Shown here: positions 39,590-49,672 of the stretch, in pieces
How positions within the stretch are numbered: the first letter of the stretch is position 1
Layout: each line of letters starts with the position of its first letter
Assembly (NCBI GenBank): GCA_001915385.1
Contig: MNQK01000031.1
Location: 133,166-197,165 of the forward strand
Length of the DNA stretch: 64,000 bases
Reading direction: 5' to 3'
Source: Bacteroidales bacterium 52_46
GTDB lineage: Bacteria; Bacteroidota; Bacteroidia; Bacteroidales; Muribaculaceae
Made by a program: the position numbers and the translations under genes
Notes under the pieces: model-generated
Database searches by the model: none
Told to the model about the DNA's origin: nothing
The model's input: only the letters and a program-made list of their open reading frames with translations

Positions 39590-39951
39590 TGGCCGAGTAT
39601 TATTATCTTGTTGATTTCGGGAATATTTTTCGCGAATTGCCATGACGGCATACCTGCCCGCCAAAGGAGGGTCTCGCCGGCAATTTTTCCGCGCTTTATC
39701 AGTTCGCTTACCTGCTGCGGGGTGAGGGCGCCTACCTGCAATCCGTCGATTACCGCATACCATTCAAAGCGGGCAGCGGGCTGAGTGACGGCGCTTTGGC
39801 CGACGGCATTCTGTCCGGTAGTCCCGGCATTGACGCCGGCGACGGCGGTGTTGTTCATGACATGGTTCATGGTGCTGACCATCTGCTGCGCCAGACTGAG
39901 TCCGAGGCCAAACTCCACAAGCCGGTCAATACTGCTGAAATCTGTTGACAT
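39586..39951 (-). CDS. DUF4339 (GYF-like) domain protein
   Basis: The C-terminal WYAVIDGLQVGALTPQQVSELIKRGKIAGETLLWRAGMPSWQFAKNIPEI matches the DUF4339 pattern. Confidence 0.6.
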   Translation of the reverse strand: MSTDFSSIDRLVEFGLGLSLAQQMVSTMNHVMNNTAVAGVNAGTTGQNAVGQSAVTQPAARFEWYAVIDGLQVGALTPQQVSELIKRGKIAGETLLWRAGMPSWQFAKNIPEINKIIILGQ

Positions 39952-39999
39952 ATATAAAGAAAGGTTTTTGATAGATTAATGAAGTTTTTACAGCCTTTG

Positions 40000-41397
40000 C
40001 TACGGCAATGGAGGCGGCATCGCACCGGGAGTCGCGCCCGGCACGGGTGGAGGAACAGTCGGGAAAAGCGGCTGCAGTTCGGCCACCTGCCCTGCGGGAG
40101 TCCACGCGGGCATGCCCTGCGCCCATACCATCGTTGCGGGGTCGATGCGCCCCTGCTGCACGAGCGGCCGGAGCTGAGATACTTTGTACGGACCGCTTTG
40201 CTGTCCGCCAAGCACAACGTAGTACGATGTCTCCGATGCGCCGGGCACGGGCGGAGGTGTCGCACCCTGTTGCGCGGGTGGCTGCTGCCAGTATTGGTTC
40301 ATCGTCTGCCCCATATTGTTGACCATGCCGGCCATCTGATTGCCGAGGGCGCCCCCTACGGCCATACCGGTCATAAACTGAGCGGGATCGATACCGCTTG
40401 AACCGGAACTGCCACCCCAGCCTCCTCCTGAGCCAAGATTCTGAGCCGCAGTCTGCATCACGTCGGCCTGCCGGTCAAGAGCATGGGCACCGATAAACTG
40501 CGTTTCGGTCTGCAATCGCTGCGCACGCTGAGCCTCCTCGCGCTGGATACGGGCTGTTTCGGCTACGTTTTCGGCATTGATACGCTGCATGTCGTTCATA
40601 TTCCGGATATTGGCGGCAGTCTGCGCATGGATAGTCGAAGTCTGCTGCACGGCAGTGACATCGCGCAATTCGAGATAGCCGGCCGACTCCTTGTCGACTT
40701 CAATGCTCGAGATGTCGAGACGCGAGAGAGTGACGGCAAAATCCTCGAAATCCTCTTTCAGGCGCGGGAGCACAATGTCGTTGATAGCCTCAATCTTACG
40801 CTCTATCTGAAGGACAGGTATACCGTGGTCGGCAGGAGCGTTGACGACGGCTGATTTCACGCGCCGTATCACTGCGTCGCGGACCTGTTCCTTAAAACGC
40901 TGGAGCGAAAAGTCAATCAGCCGATGGGCATAAACGAACTTCTTAGCGTCGGCTACACGGAAATTGATACTGCCCCTGACGGCCATAGGCACGGCGTAAT
41001 CAAGGAACCGCGGATCGAACACATCGAAAAACGGGATGGCGAACTTGATGTTGATTATGCCGGATGTGTTGATATAATACACTTCGGCCTGAAACGGGGA
41101 CTCGCCACCGAATGCCATGCCTACAAGCGACGAGAGCACCGGGAAATTGGCGGTCCGGATAGTGTCGTCATACGGGCCCTCGATAATGTCGAGACCCTGC
41201 CCTTGCTGCTTGTATACGAACACAGCCGACTCGCCGGCCTTGACGCGCAGCGAGGAGCCGTAGCGTATGGCATTCTCGCGGGTAGTGGAATTGACATCCT
41301 GTCCGGCAGGACGCCATTTCCATACAAGATAGTCATCTTCATCGCAGCGGATCACATTAATCATTCCGCCGCTTTTACCTCTTCCGAACAGTCCCAT
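40000..41397 (-). CDS. SPFH/band-7 domain protein with Gly/Gln-rich linker and C-terminal DUF4339 domain
   Basis: The N-terminal 270 aa are SPFH-like. The C-terminus YYVVLGGQQSGPYKVSQLRPLVQQGRIDPATMVWAQGMPAWTPAGQV is DUF4339-like. Confidence 0.75.
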   Translation of the reverse strand: MGLFGRGKSGGMINVIRCDEDDYLVWKWRPAGQDVNSTTRENAIRYGSSLRVKAGESAVFVYKQQGQGLDIIEGPYDDTIRTANFPVLSSLVGMAFGGESPFQAEVYYINTSGIINIKFAIPFFDVFDPRFLDYAVPMAVRGSINFRVADAKKFVYAHRLIDFSLQRFKEQVRDAVIRRVKSAVVNAPADHGIPVLQIERKIEAINDIVLPRLKEDFEDFAVTLSRLDISSIEVDKESAGYLELRDVTAVQQTSTIHAQTAANIRNMNDMQRINAENVAETARIQREEAQRAQRLQTETQFIGAHALDRQADVMQTAAQNLGSGGGWGGSSGSSGIDPAQFMTGMAVGGALGNQMAGMVNNMGQTMNQYWQQPPAQQGATPPPVPGASETSYYVVLGGQQSGPYKVSQLRPLVQQGRIDPATMVWAQGMPAWTPAGQVAELQPLFPTVPPPVPGATPGAMPPPLP

Positions 41398-41402
41398 ACG
41401 CG

Positions 41403-42653
41403 TTATGCCTTGATTTTAAATTTACTTGCTGTTTCTTCGATTTCGCGGAGCAAACCCGGGTCGTCCTTAAGCACGATTCTCGCTTTTATAAGGATTTCTA
41501 CGGCCTTATTCTTATACGCCTTGGCAATTGTCTTTTCCATTTTATCAGAATTCATCATCCACGAGTATTGGGAATTTGTAGCGCAAGTCGTGAATAAATC
41601 CAGAATATCGGTTTTATTTGTCGGCACGGGAAAATTCTTTATGGCCATAGCCTGCGCGTCAGTCACCTTATCATGATAAATAGAGCCATTAAGCGATGAT
41701 ATATACATACTTAAAAGTCCATTGCCTTTTTTCGGAGCGTTCTCCGCTTTTTCACGCGCTTCTTCGATTTTTCGTGCAAGCCGCTCCGACGCTGTTCCCT
41801 GGTTTCCGGCCATACCGACAGGATATTCATATCCGCATTCTGGACACGATGTGGCGAGCTGCTTTACCGGAGCGTTGCAATGTGGACAACGATCAGGTGT
41901 GTTGCGTTTCTGTGGTGATGGTGCCGGAGCAGCTGCGCGCATTGCGGCCAATTTTGCAGCCTCCGCTGCGCTCTGCTCTTGTTTTTGCATGCGCGAAAGT
42001 TCCTGGCGCCGCTCGTAGAGACGAGCTTCGAGCACCATGACAAATTCGTCCATAGCCACACCTTCGGCCTGAGCGTTGCGGATGAGCACCTGACGCTCGA
42101 GGTCGCTGATTTCGCCGTCGGCCACCGCCGATGCGATAAGGGCATTGAGTTTTTCGGAGAATCCGTTGGAATTGCCGGCAACAGGCGTTGCCGCAGGAGC
42201 GGCCGGAGCCGGATTAGCCCACGGTACAGGGGGAGCGGCCGGGCGAGGTATCTCAGGGGCGAACAGGGCCGCGACTTTGGCGACTTGCCCTGCCGGACGC
42301 CATTCGCTCATACCCTCGATATATACGTAAGTATCACGCGTGAGAGAGCCTTGCTGTATCATTTCAATAAGTGTGGCCTTTTCGTATGGGCCGTAGGTCG
42401 TGCCGTTGACAGCCACAAGGACGCTTAGACTTTCAGCCGGTGCAGGGACCACGGGGGGTGGCGGAGTGCGGAGCGGATTACGGCGTAAAGAGTCAGCTGC
42501 TTTGTCGACAGTCTTGTCAACCGCTTTGTCGACAACGTCGCCCGCGGCTTCATTGATGAGTTTGTCAGCCACAGTTCCGGTAATGCTGTCGGGGAGATAG
42601 TCGCCTATTACATTTCCGGCAACATTTTTAATCATTTTCTTCAAGAGACCCAT
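41403..42653 (-). CDS. Multidomain hypothetical protein: DUF4339 domain + TerB-like segment + zinc ribbon
   Basis: DUF4339 segment SVLVAVNGTTYGPYEKATLIEMIQQGSLTRDTYVYIEGMSEWRPAGQV. TerB-like segment ADGEISDLERQVLIRNAQAEGV. Zinc ribbon CPHCNAPV...CPECGYEY. Confidence 0.6.
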   Translation of the reverse strand: MGLLKKMIKNVAGNVIGDYLPDSITGTVADKLINEAAGDVVDKAVDKTVDKAADSLRRNPLRTPPPPVVPAPAESLSVLVAVNGTTYGPYEKATLIEMIQQGSLTRDTYVYIEGMSEWRPAGQVAKVAALFAPEIPRPAAPPVPWANPAPAAPAATPVAGNSNGFSEKLNALIASAVADGEISDLERQVLIRNAQAEGVAMDEFVMVLEARLYERRQELSRMQKQEQSAAEAAKLAAMRAAAPAPSPQKRNTPDRCPHCNAPVKQLATSCPECGYEYPVGMAGNQGTASERLARKIEEAREKAENAPKKGNGLLSMYISSLNGSIYHDKVTDAQAMAIKNFPVPTNKTDILDLFTTCATNSQYSWMMNSDKMEKTIAKAYKNKAVEILIKARIVLKDDPGLLREIEETASKFKIKA

Positions 42654-42891
42654 AGATATTGTATTTTAAGGTGATAATGACATTTTAGAAAATCGGGAAA
42701 GATGTTATGCGAAGTTATATCAAATGTGCCGCAATTCATAAGTCCATTTTGTTCCAATTTAATCCAATTATATCCACTGCGTCATGAAGATTTACGTTAC
42801 ACCGGATTACAGGCGGTATCAACATAAAAATCTGTTCAAAAAAGTTTTGGAAAATTCAGTTTAAGGTATTGACACGTAAGGAAAAATATTG

Positions 42892-42899
42892 TATCTTTG
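42892..42899 (+). promoter_or_regulatory. Bacteroidetes -7 promoter motif (TATCTTTG) with an upstream TTG, ahead of thrS
   Basis: TAnnTTTG consensus with a TTG about 20 bp upstream. Confidence 0.5.
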
Positions 42900-42962
42900 T
42901 GACGATTTTTGCACAGTTGTCACGTTGTAGGTGACAATCAATTGATAATCAAAAACATAGAG

Positions 42963-44900
42963 ATGATAAACATTACTTTTCCCGATGGTTCGGTAAAGCA
43001 GTTTGAAGCAGGCGTAACGCCGCTTCAGATAGCAGAAAGCATAAGCCCGCGTCTGGCTCAGGATGTACTTGCAGCCTCAATCAACGAAGAAGAATGGGAC
43101 CTGACACGCCCCGTCACTTCCGACGCGTCAATCAAACTTTTCAAATGGGATGACCCGGAAGGCAAGCACGCATTCTGGCACAGTTCGGCCCACCTTCTCG
43201 CAGAAGCGCTCCAGGAGCTCTTCCCCGGCGTGAAGTTCGGCATCGGTCCGGCAATCGAAAACGGATTCTACTACGACATCGACCCCAACGGCCACAATAT
43301 AACAGCCGCCGATTTCGGTAAAATCGAGGCCAAGATGATTGAACTCGCCCAGCGCAAGGAAGAAATCAAGCGCGCCGACATATCGAAAGCCGATGCGCTC
43401 AAACTTTTCGGCGACCGCGGCGAAGAATACAAATGCGAGCTCATCTCGGAACTCGAAGACGGCCACATCACCACCTATACTCAGGGCAACTTCACCGATC
43501 TGTGCCGCGGCCCGCACATCCCCACCACAGCTCCCATCAAGGCAGCGAAGGTGATGTCGCTTGCCGGCGCATACTGGCGCGGCGACGAGAAGCGCAACCA
43601 GCTTGTGCGCGTGTACGGCATCACTTTCCCCAAGAAAAAGATGCTCGACGAATATCTCGCCCTGCTTGAAGAAGCAAAAAAACGCGACCACCGCAAACTC
43701 GGCAAAGAGATGGAACTTTTCGCATTCTCACAGAACGTGGGCGCCGGTCTGCCTCTTTGGCTTCCGAAAGGCGCCGCACTGCGCGACCGCCTCGAGCAGT
43801 TCCTCCGCAAGATACAGAAACAGTACGGCTACCTGCAGGTAATCACTCCGCACATCGGCAACAAGATGCTGTATGTGACCTCAGGCCACTACGCAAAATA
43901 CGGCAAGGATTCATTCCAGCCCATACACACTCCGGAAGAGGGGGAGGAATATCTGCTCAAGCCGATGAACTGCCCCCACCACTGCGAGATATTCAAGGCA
44001 TTCCCCCGTTCGTACCGCGAACTGCCCCTGCGTCTGGCAGAATTCGGAACAGTATACCGCTACGAACAGAGCGGTGAGCTCCACGGACTGACACGCGTGC
44101 GCGGATTCACTCAGGACGATGCCCATATATTCTGCGCTCCCGAGCAGATAAAGGAGGAGTTCCTCAAGGTGATGGACATCATATTCTACATCTTCAAAGC
44201 ATTGAAATTCGACAACTTCGAGGCCCAGATTTCACTCCGCGACCCGAAGAACAAAGAGAAATATATCGGTTCGGACGAGAACTGGCACCTTGCAGAGACA
44301 GCCATCATCGAGGCTTGCGAGGAAAAAGGGCTCAAAGCCCGCAAAGAACTCGGCGAAGCCGCATTCTACGGTCCCAAACTCGACTTCATGGTCAAGGACG
44401 CCATCGGCCGCCGCTGGCAGCTCGGTACAATCCAGGTAGACTACAACCTGCCCGAGCGCTTCCAGCTCGAATATACGGGTGCCGACAACCAGAAGCACCG
44501 TCCGGTGATGATACACCGCGCGCCTTTCGGCTCGATGGAACGCTTCGTGGCCGTACTCTTAGAGCATACCGCAGGTAAATTCCCCCTGTGGCTCGCACCC
44601 GAGCAGGCAGTCGTGCTCCCCATCAGCGAGAAATTCAACGATTACGCATTCGAAGTGGCGAAAGAACTTTCGGCACGCGATATCCGCGCCGAGGTCGACG
44701 ACCGCAACGAGAAAATCGGTAAGAAAATCCGCGACAACGAGCTCAAAAGAATACCCTATATGCTCATTGTAGGCGAAAAAGAAGCAGAAAACGGTGAAAT
44801 TTCTGTAAGAAAACAGGGTGAAGGTGATAAAGGTATGATGAAAATTGCTACCTTTGCAGACGAAATCACTCGAGAAATCGAAAATATGATCAACCAATAA
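42963..44900 (+). CDS. thrS: Threonine--tRNA ligase
   Basis: TGS domain, editing domain, class II catalytic core and anticodon-binding domain are all conserved. The start is taken at MINITFPDG. Confidence 0.93.
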   Translation: MINITFPDGSVKQFEAGVTPLQIAESISPRLAQDVLAASINEEEWDLTRPVTSDASIKLFKWDDPEGKHAFWHSSAHLLAEALQELFPGVKFGIGPAIENGFYYDIDPNGHNITAADFGKIEAKMIELAQRKEEIKRADISKADALKLFGDRGEEYKCELISELEDGHITTYTQGNFTDLCRGPHIPTTAPIKAAKVMSLAGAYWRGDEKRNQLVRVYGITFPKKKMLDEYLALLEEAKKRDHRKLGKEMELFAFSQNVGAGLPLWLPKGAALRDRLEQFLRKIQKQYGYLQVITPHIGNKMLYVTSGHYAKYGKDSFQPIHTPEEGEEYLLKPMNCPHHCEIFKAFPRSYRELPLRLAEFGTVYRYEQSGELHGLTRVRGFTQDDAHIFCAPEQIKEEFLKVMDIIFYIFKALKFDNFEAQISLRDPKNKEKYIGSDENWHLAETAIIEACEEKGLKARKELGEAAFYGPKLDFMVKDAIGRRWQLGTIQVDYNLPERFQLEYTGADNQKHRPVMIHRAPFGSMERFVAVLLEHTAGKFPLWLAPEQAVVLPISEKFNDYAFEVAKELSARDIRAEVDDRNEKIGKKIRDNELKRIPYMLIVGEKEAENGEISVRKQGEGDKGMMKIATFADEITREIENMINQ

Positions 44901-44907
44901 ATCATTA

Positions 44908-45558
44908 ATGGATAAAAAGCCCAATCAAGCCGGCGCTCCGCGTCCGCAACACAACAACGGGACAGCACGTCCCCCCTATCAATCGCAACAGCCCCGGCCG
45001 GGAGGTCGTGACGCATCGCCCCGCCGCGGAGACGCCCGCGGCAAGGACAACAAAGACCAACACGCCATCAACGAGCGCATACGTGCCCGCGAGGTGCGAC
45101 TGGTAGGCGACAACGTGGAGAACGGCGTGGTTTCCATACAGGAAGCCCTGCGCATAGCCGACGATTTAGGTCTCGACCTGATTGAGATTTCTCCCAATGC
45201 CGAGCCGCCGGTATGCCGTGTGCTCGACTATCAGAAGTTCCTGTACCAGCAGAAAAAGCGCGCCAAGGAGCAGAAAGCCAAGCAGACGAAGGTCGTAGTG
45301 AAAGAGATACGATTCGGTCCGCAGACCGACGACCATGACTACAACTTCAAGCTGAAGCATGCCATAAGCTTCCTTCAGGAAGGGTCGAAAGTAAAGGCTT
45401 ACGTGTTTTTCAAAGGCCGCTCAATCCTGTTCAAGGAGCAGGGCGAGGTACTTCTGCTCAGATTTGCCAACGACCTTGAGGAATACGGCAAAGTGGAACA
45501 GATGCCTTTGCTCGAGGGAAAACGCATGATAATCATGCTGACACCAAAGAAAAAATAA
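44908..45558 (+). CDS. infC: Translation initiation factor IF-3 with Arg/Pro-rich N-terminal extension
   Basis: The IF3 core runs from [16 protein letters not shown] to the C-terminus. The true start may be an internal non-canonical codon. Confidence 0.85.
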   Translation: MDKKPNQAGAPRPQHNNGTARPPYQSQQPRPGGRDASPRRGDARGKDNKDQHAINERIRAREVRLVGDNVENGVVSIQEALRIADDLGLDLIEISPNAEPPVCRVLDYQKFLYQQKKRAKEQKAKQTKVVVKEIRFGPQTDDHDYNFKLKHAISFLQEGSKVKAYVFFKGRSILFKEQGEVLLLRFANDLEEYGKVEQMPLLEGKRMIIMLTPKKK

Positions 45559-45616
45559 GCCACGAGATGGCTAATCAATAATCAACCGAATTAATAATTC
45601 ATTTAAACTCAAAAAA

Positions 45617-45814
45617 ATGCCTAAGGTTAAAACTAACTCCGGTGCCAAAAAGAGGTTCGCCCTTACCGGATCAGGAAAAATCAAGAGAAAACATGCTTTC
45701 AAGAGTCACATCTTGACCAAGAAGACCAAGAAGCAAAAACGTAACCTCACACATTTCAGCACGGTTGCCAAAGCCGACGAAGCAAGCGTAAAAGCTCTGC
45801 TCGGTCTCAAGTAA
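45617..45814 (+). CDS. rpmI: 50S ribosomal protein L35
   Basis: [14 protein letters not shown].... Confidence 0.9.
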   Translation: MPKVKTNSGAKKRFALTGSGKIKRKHAFKSHILTKKTKKQKRNLTHFSTVAKADEASVKALLGLK

Positions 45815-45938
45815 CGGATGCCGTAAAAGAAGGGTACAAAATTTAATTCGTGATATTACATTATTATTAACCGAGTGATTAGCCCAAAAGAGCAGAGTAA
45901 GAAGGCTCAGCCGCTAACATTCAAAAAGCACAACAACA

Positions 45939-46289
45939 ATGCCAAGATCAGTAAATCATGTAGCTTCAAGAGCTCGTCGTAAAAAAATCCTGAAACTTAC
46001 CCGTGGTTACTACGGATGCCGCCGCAACGTATGGACCGTAGCCAAAAACACATGGGAAAAAGGTTTGACATACGCATACCGCGACCGCAAAGACAAAAAA
46101 CGCAATTTCCGCGCACTGTGGATACAGCGTATCAATGCCGCTGCCCGCATGGAAGATCTCTCATACTCGAAACTTATGGGTCTTATCCACAAGGCAGGTA
46201 TCGAGATCAACCGCAAAGTCCTCGCCGACCTCGCCCTCAACAACCCCGCAGCATTCAAGGCTGTAGTTGAAAAGGTAAAGAACGCATAA
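45939..46289 (+). CDS. rplT: 50S ribosomal protein L20
   Basis: ...[16 protein letters not shown].... Confidence 0.92.
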   Translation: MPRSVNHVASRARRKKILKLTRGYYGCRRNVWTVAKNTWEKGLTYAYRDRKDKKRNFRALWIQRINAAARMEDLSYSKLMGLIHKAGIEINRKVLADLALNNPAAFKAVVEKVKNA

Positions 46290-46353
46290 CGACAGTAATA
46301 AAGCGCGCAAATAAATCAAAGAGCGCGTAAAGATACATCCCAACCCAACCCCC

Positions 46354-46402
46354 GAAGCGCTGACCGACTCCCCATTTCCCCAGGTCAGCGCTTCACTTTT
46401 TT
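46354..46402 (+). terminator. Rho-independent terminator after rplT
   Basis: GAAGCGCTGACC...GGTCAGCGCTTC followed by TTTTTT. Confidence 0.65.
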
Positions 46403-46448
46403 ATGCACGTATGGGGGGGTGCAAAACTGCTAAATTCAGGCCAACAAA

Positions 46449-46774
46449 GTAGGGACGCACGGTCTGTGCAATGCGGTTCAAATAAGGAGTAATTCGTCAA
46501 TGTAGAGCCGAAGGCTCGGCGGTGTTACTATCCCCGTCCGACGCGTAGCGGAGGGCGGGGTAAAAGGGAATATGCTGTGCGAGCCCACGTAGAGGGCGAG
46601 TGTGTGTGATGGCTTCAGATGTAGTATTCAACACATTCGCCCGTTCCCCGGGCTCACTTTATGAAAGGTCGCGGTTGCCCCGCCCTCCGCTACGCGTCGG
46701 ACGGGGATAGTAACACCTCCGAGCCTTCGGCTCTCAGTTATTTGAACCGCATTGCACGGTCTGTGCGTCCCTAC
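46449..46774. repeat. Large palindromic intergenic element (family C), copy B
   Basis: Its ends and arms are near-identical to copy A. The central loop is divergent. Confidence 0.8.
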
Positions 46775-46814
46775 TATTGGGGGTTCTGTAACATCCTCAT
46801 GGCATTATTCTTAT

Positions 46815-46857
46815 TTACTGAAAGTTATTACGGGGGCGTCTCGTCCCCGCTCCACTC
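46815..46857. repeat. GC-rich palindromic element (family B), half copy
   Basis: CTGAAAGTTATTACGGGGGCGTCTCGTCCCCGCTCCACTC. Confidence 0.7.
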
Positions 46858-47460
46858 AACTCAGATTAAGTATACAGCATTGAATCGAGTACCTACGATT
46901 TGCGGCGACTTTTGATAACTGTTTATAACTCTGCAATTTATAGCTCTGCAATCTCGGCAGATAATTCACCGGGAACCCATGTTCGCTTTCCGAGCGCACA
47001 GACCGTACGTTCATATTTTCGGGAGATTTGTGGTAGCTATTCAGCGAATATGTAATATGTAAAGTGCTTAAGGCTGCATCCCGGCGCAGTCGAGACTGAT
47101 GCAAACGGGTGTTTTCATCTGCGCATGGCTGCACCGGGGTGCAGCACCACAATATGCTCGTAACCAATAAGTTTGTCAGCCTAATAGTTATGATTTGTGT
47201 CGCATTTACAAAATAGAGATTAATGACAGGAAAATTTAAACAAATCGAAAAGCAGGAGTGTTATTATATCAAAATTAAGATACATAAAGTTAATTTAAAA
47301 TAAGAGACTTAGTATCAAGAACCTTCAAACAAGAGACTCCATACAGAAGACTCCTGTTATCTTAAACAAGAGACTCCCGTCACAGGAATTTCCGAAGAGT
47401 TTAAATCGAAGTTGAAAATATAATATAATCAACATACTGTTTAACTAATCTATTTAAGTT

Positions 47461-48021
47461 ATGAAAGCCTTAAAAATGAATTATTGGGGACACACTAAAT
47501 TATGGTGGCTTGTTCTTTGCGTAGGCATTTTACTTGTAATCGGCGGATTTGCCTATTGGTTCTGGCCGGCAGCAGGCTATGCAATCGCTTCACAGATATT
47601 CGGCTGGCTGCTTGTGCTGACAGGAATCGTTCAGTTATGCGTATCATCCGGGGTCAACCGCCCGCGCGGCTGGGGATGGTGGCTTGCCGGCGGTGTCATT
47701 GACCTGTTCATCGGGTTTATGCTCGTACGAAGTATCATACTCTCGGAATTCGTATTCCCTTACTTCCTTGCATTCATATTCATATTCTGGGGCATCAGCG
47801 CCCTGATAAGCGGCATCAGCCAGCGACAACGCAAATACTGGTGGCTGTATCTTATCAACGGAGTGCTTCTGCTTCTGATCGGATTCTTCTTCATTGAAGC
47901 CGGTTATCTACAGGATATGATGATGGTAAGTTTCCTTGCCGCCCTCGCATTCATCTATTGGGGTTTTGCAATTGCAATGACCGCCTACGACATGCGCCCG
48001 ACCGACAGTGACAACCAGTAA
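47461..48021 (+). CDS. HdeD-family (DUF308) acid-resistance membrane protein
   Basis: Six transmembrane helices, Trp-rich. HdeD-like repeat organisation. Confidence 0.65.
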   Translation: MKALKMNYWGHTKLWWLVLCVGILLVIGGFAYWFWPAAGYAIASQIFGWLLVLTGIVQLCVSSGVNRPRGWGWWLAGGVIDLFIGFMLVRSIILSEFVFPYFLAFIFIFWGISALISGISQRQRKYWWLYLINGVLLLLIGFFFIEAGYLQDMMMVSFLAALAFIYWGFAIAMTAYDMRPTDSDNQ

Positions 48022-48096
48022 CCATACAAAAGCGTGTGCCACGACGATAAGATGCGACAGCAATTAATCAGGTAAACGCACGCCGTAGAAAATAAA

Positions 48097-48142
48097 AAAT
48101 ACCGCCATTCAAGCCAATAAACTGAATGGCGGTATTTTTTTT
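48097..48142 (+). terminator. Rho-independent terminator after the hdeD-like gene
   Basis: AATACCGCCATTCA...TGAATGGCGGTATT followed by TTTTTTT. Confidence 0.65.
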
Positions 48143-48328
48143 GGTTCTAATTATTGATAATCCGGATTATTTTTGATATATTTGTAAATTAGACTAAGTA
48201 TAGGCGTTAAACCTTGAAGCAGAATTAATGTCTAAACATAAAATCGGAAGTGCCGTCTTATCGAATAATCTACAAGATTATGTCCCGGTAAACCGATTAT
48301 ATATAAACCTCCATATCTCTATAACATA

Positions 48329-49513
48329 ATGAAAATTTACAAATCACTGTCAATCACGCTTTTGCTTGCATGCTCCGCTACAACTACAGCCATAGCCCAA
48401 AGCTACTATGACGATGACATATATTATGACTCGTCAAAAGAGGCAAAAAAGGCGCCGGAGGCAGCGAAGAAGCAGAATAACGCAGCCGGTAATGGAGCAC
48501 AATATCAAGGTGCTTCATCGCAATACAAGTATCTGACGGCGACCGACGGCTCCGTCTATGTGGTAGACGAGCAGGGCAACGCCTATCCTGTCATGGCCCA
48601 GAACATACCCGGGTCGGACCTTTACACCGTATATACCGACAATACGCGCGACGTTGACGAATACAACCGCCGGTATCAGCAGGCCGACACCATCTCAGTC
48701 GACTCGCTTTACCGCGATACATTTGCCAATACGCGCAAGATTGAGCGTTTTTCCAATCCGACGATTGTAAGCCAGTCGAATGATCAGGAACTTATCGACT
48801 ACTATGCCGCCACACAGCCGGCACAGATCAACATCTTCGTCGACACGCCGTCATATTACGGTTGGAATTACCTGTCGCCCTACTACCGCCCCTACGGCTA
48901 CTGGAACAGCTGGGCATGGGATCCGTGGTATGGTCCCGGATGGTATGACCCGTACTATTCCTGGTCGTGGGGATGGGGGCCGTCGTGGGGATGGGGACCC
49001 TCGTGGTCATGGTCATGGACATGGGGTCCGGGCTGGTATCCGGGCCACGGTCCCGGACGTCCGCACCCGCCGGTTTCGCCCGGTGCACACCGCCCGGCAT
49101 ATCCGGGCAGCAATATGGCGCACTCCACAGGCGGCTACCGAGGCAATTCATCGGGTCGTCCCGGCGGAAGCGCAGGTGCAGGCGGTTACCGCGGCAGCGC
49201 AGGCAGCCGTCCGTCGACTGTAGGCAATGTCAACTCATTGGGCGCCACACGTCCGGCCACCAACTACAACAATGGCTCACGTCCGTCGGGCACACGCTAC
49301 AACAGCGGCACGCGCACCCCTAATGTAAACAGCGGCAGCAACCGTTCGGGAGGCCGCGGCAACGCAGTCAACAACAATAACAGCCGTCCGAGCACACCGT
49401 CTTACCGCAGTTCAGGCTCAACGGGAGGCAGCCGCGGAGGATTCAGCGGCGGTTCACACGGCGGAGGCGGTTCGCGCAGCGGCGGAGGCGGCGGCCGTGG
49501 CGGACGCCGGTAA
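48329..49513 (+). CDS. Secreted protein with Trp/Gly-rich repeat region (WSWGWGPSWGWGPSWSWSW) and Gly/Ser/Arg-rich tail
   Basis: Signal peptide. Low-complexity repeats. Ends in an RGG/GGR tail. Confidence 0.6.
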   Translation: MKIYKSLSITLLLACSATTTAIAQSYYDDDIYYDSSKEAKKAPEAAKKQNNAAGNGAQYQGASSQYKYLTATDGSVYVVDEQGNAYPVMAQNIPGSDLYTVYTDNTRDVDEYNRRYQQADTISVDSLYRDTFANTRKIERFSNPTIVSQSNDQELIDYYAATQPAQINIFVDTPSYYGWNYLSPYYRPYGYWNSWAWDPWYGPGWYDPYYSWSWGWGPSWGWGPSWSWSWTWGPGWYPGHGPGRPHPPVSPGAHRPAYPGSNMAHSTGGYRGNSSGRPGGSAGAGGYRGSAGSRPSTVGNVNSLGATRPATNYNNGSRPSGTRYNSGTRTPNVNSGSNRSGGRGNAVNNNNSRPSTPSYRSSGSTGGSRGGFSGGSHGGGGSRSGGGGGRGGRR

Positions 49514-49672
49514 GACTGCCGGGATAATGCCGCAGCGGCTCCCACACGACGAGACCGGATTACGTTGTTAAGAGCATGCGTGAACTTAACCCGCAATAAA
49601 ACGTAATTAATAAAAGAGGGTATCGGTTAAACATACTCCAACAGATTGATAACAGAAACTCAACCACAGTTT

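Noticed and set aside
48780-49323. Alternative-frame ORFs within the Gly-rich gene
   Set aside because: They are frame-shifted readings of GC-rich low-complexity DNA. The main frame carries the signal peptide.
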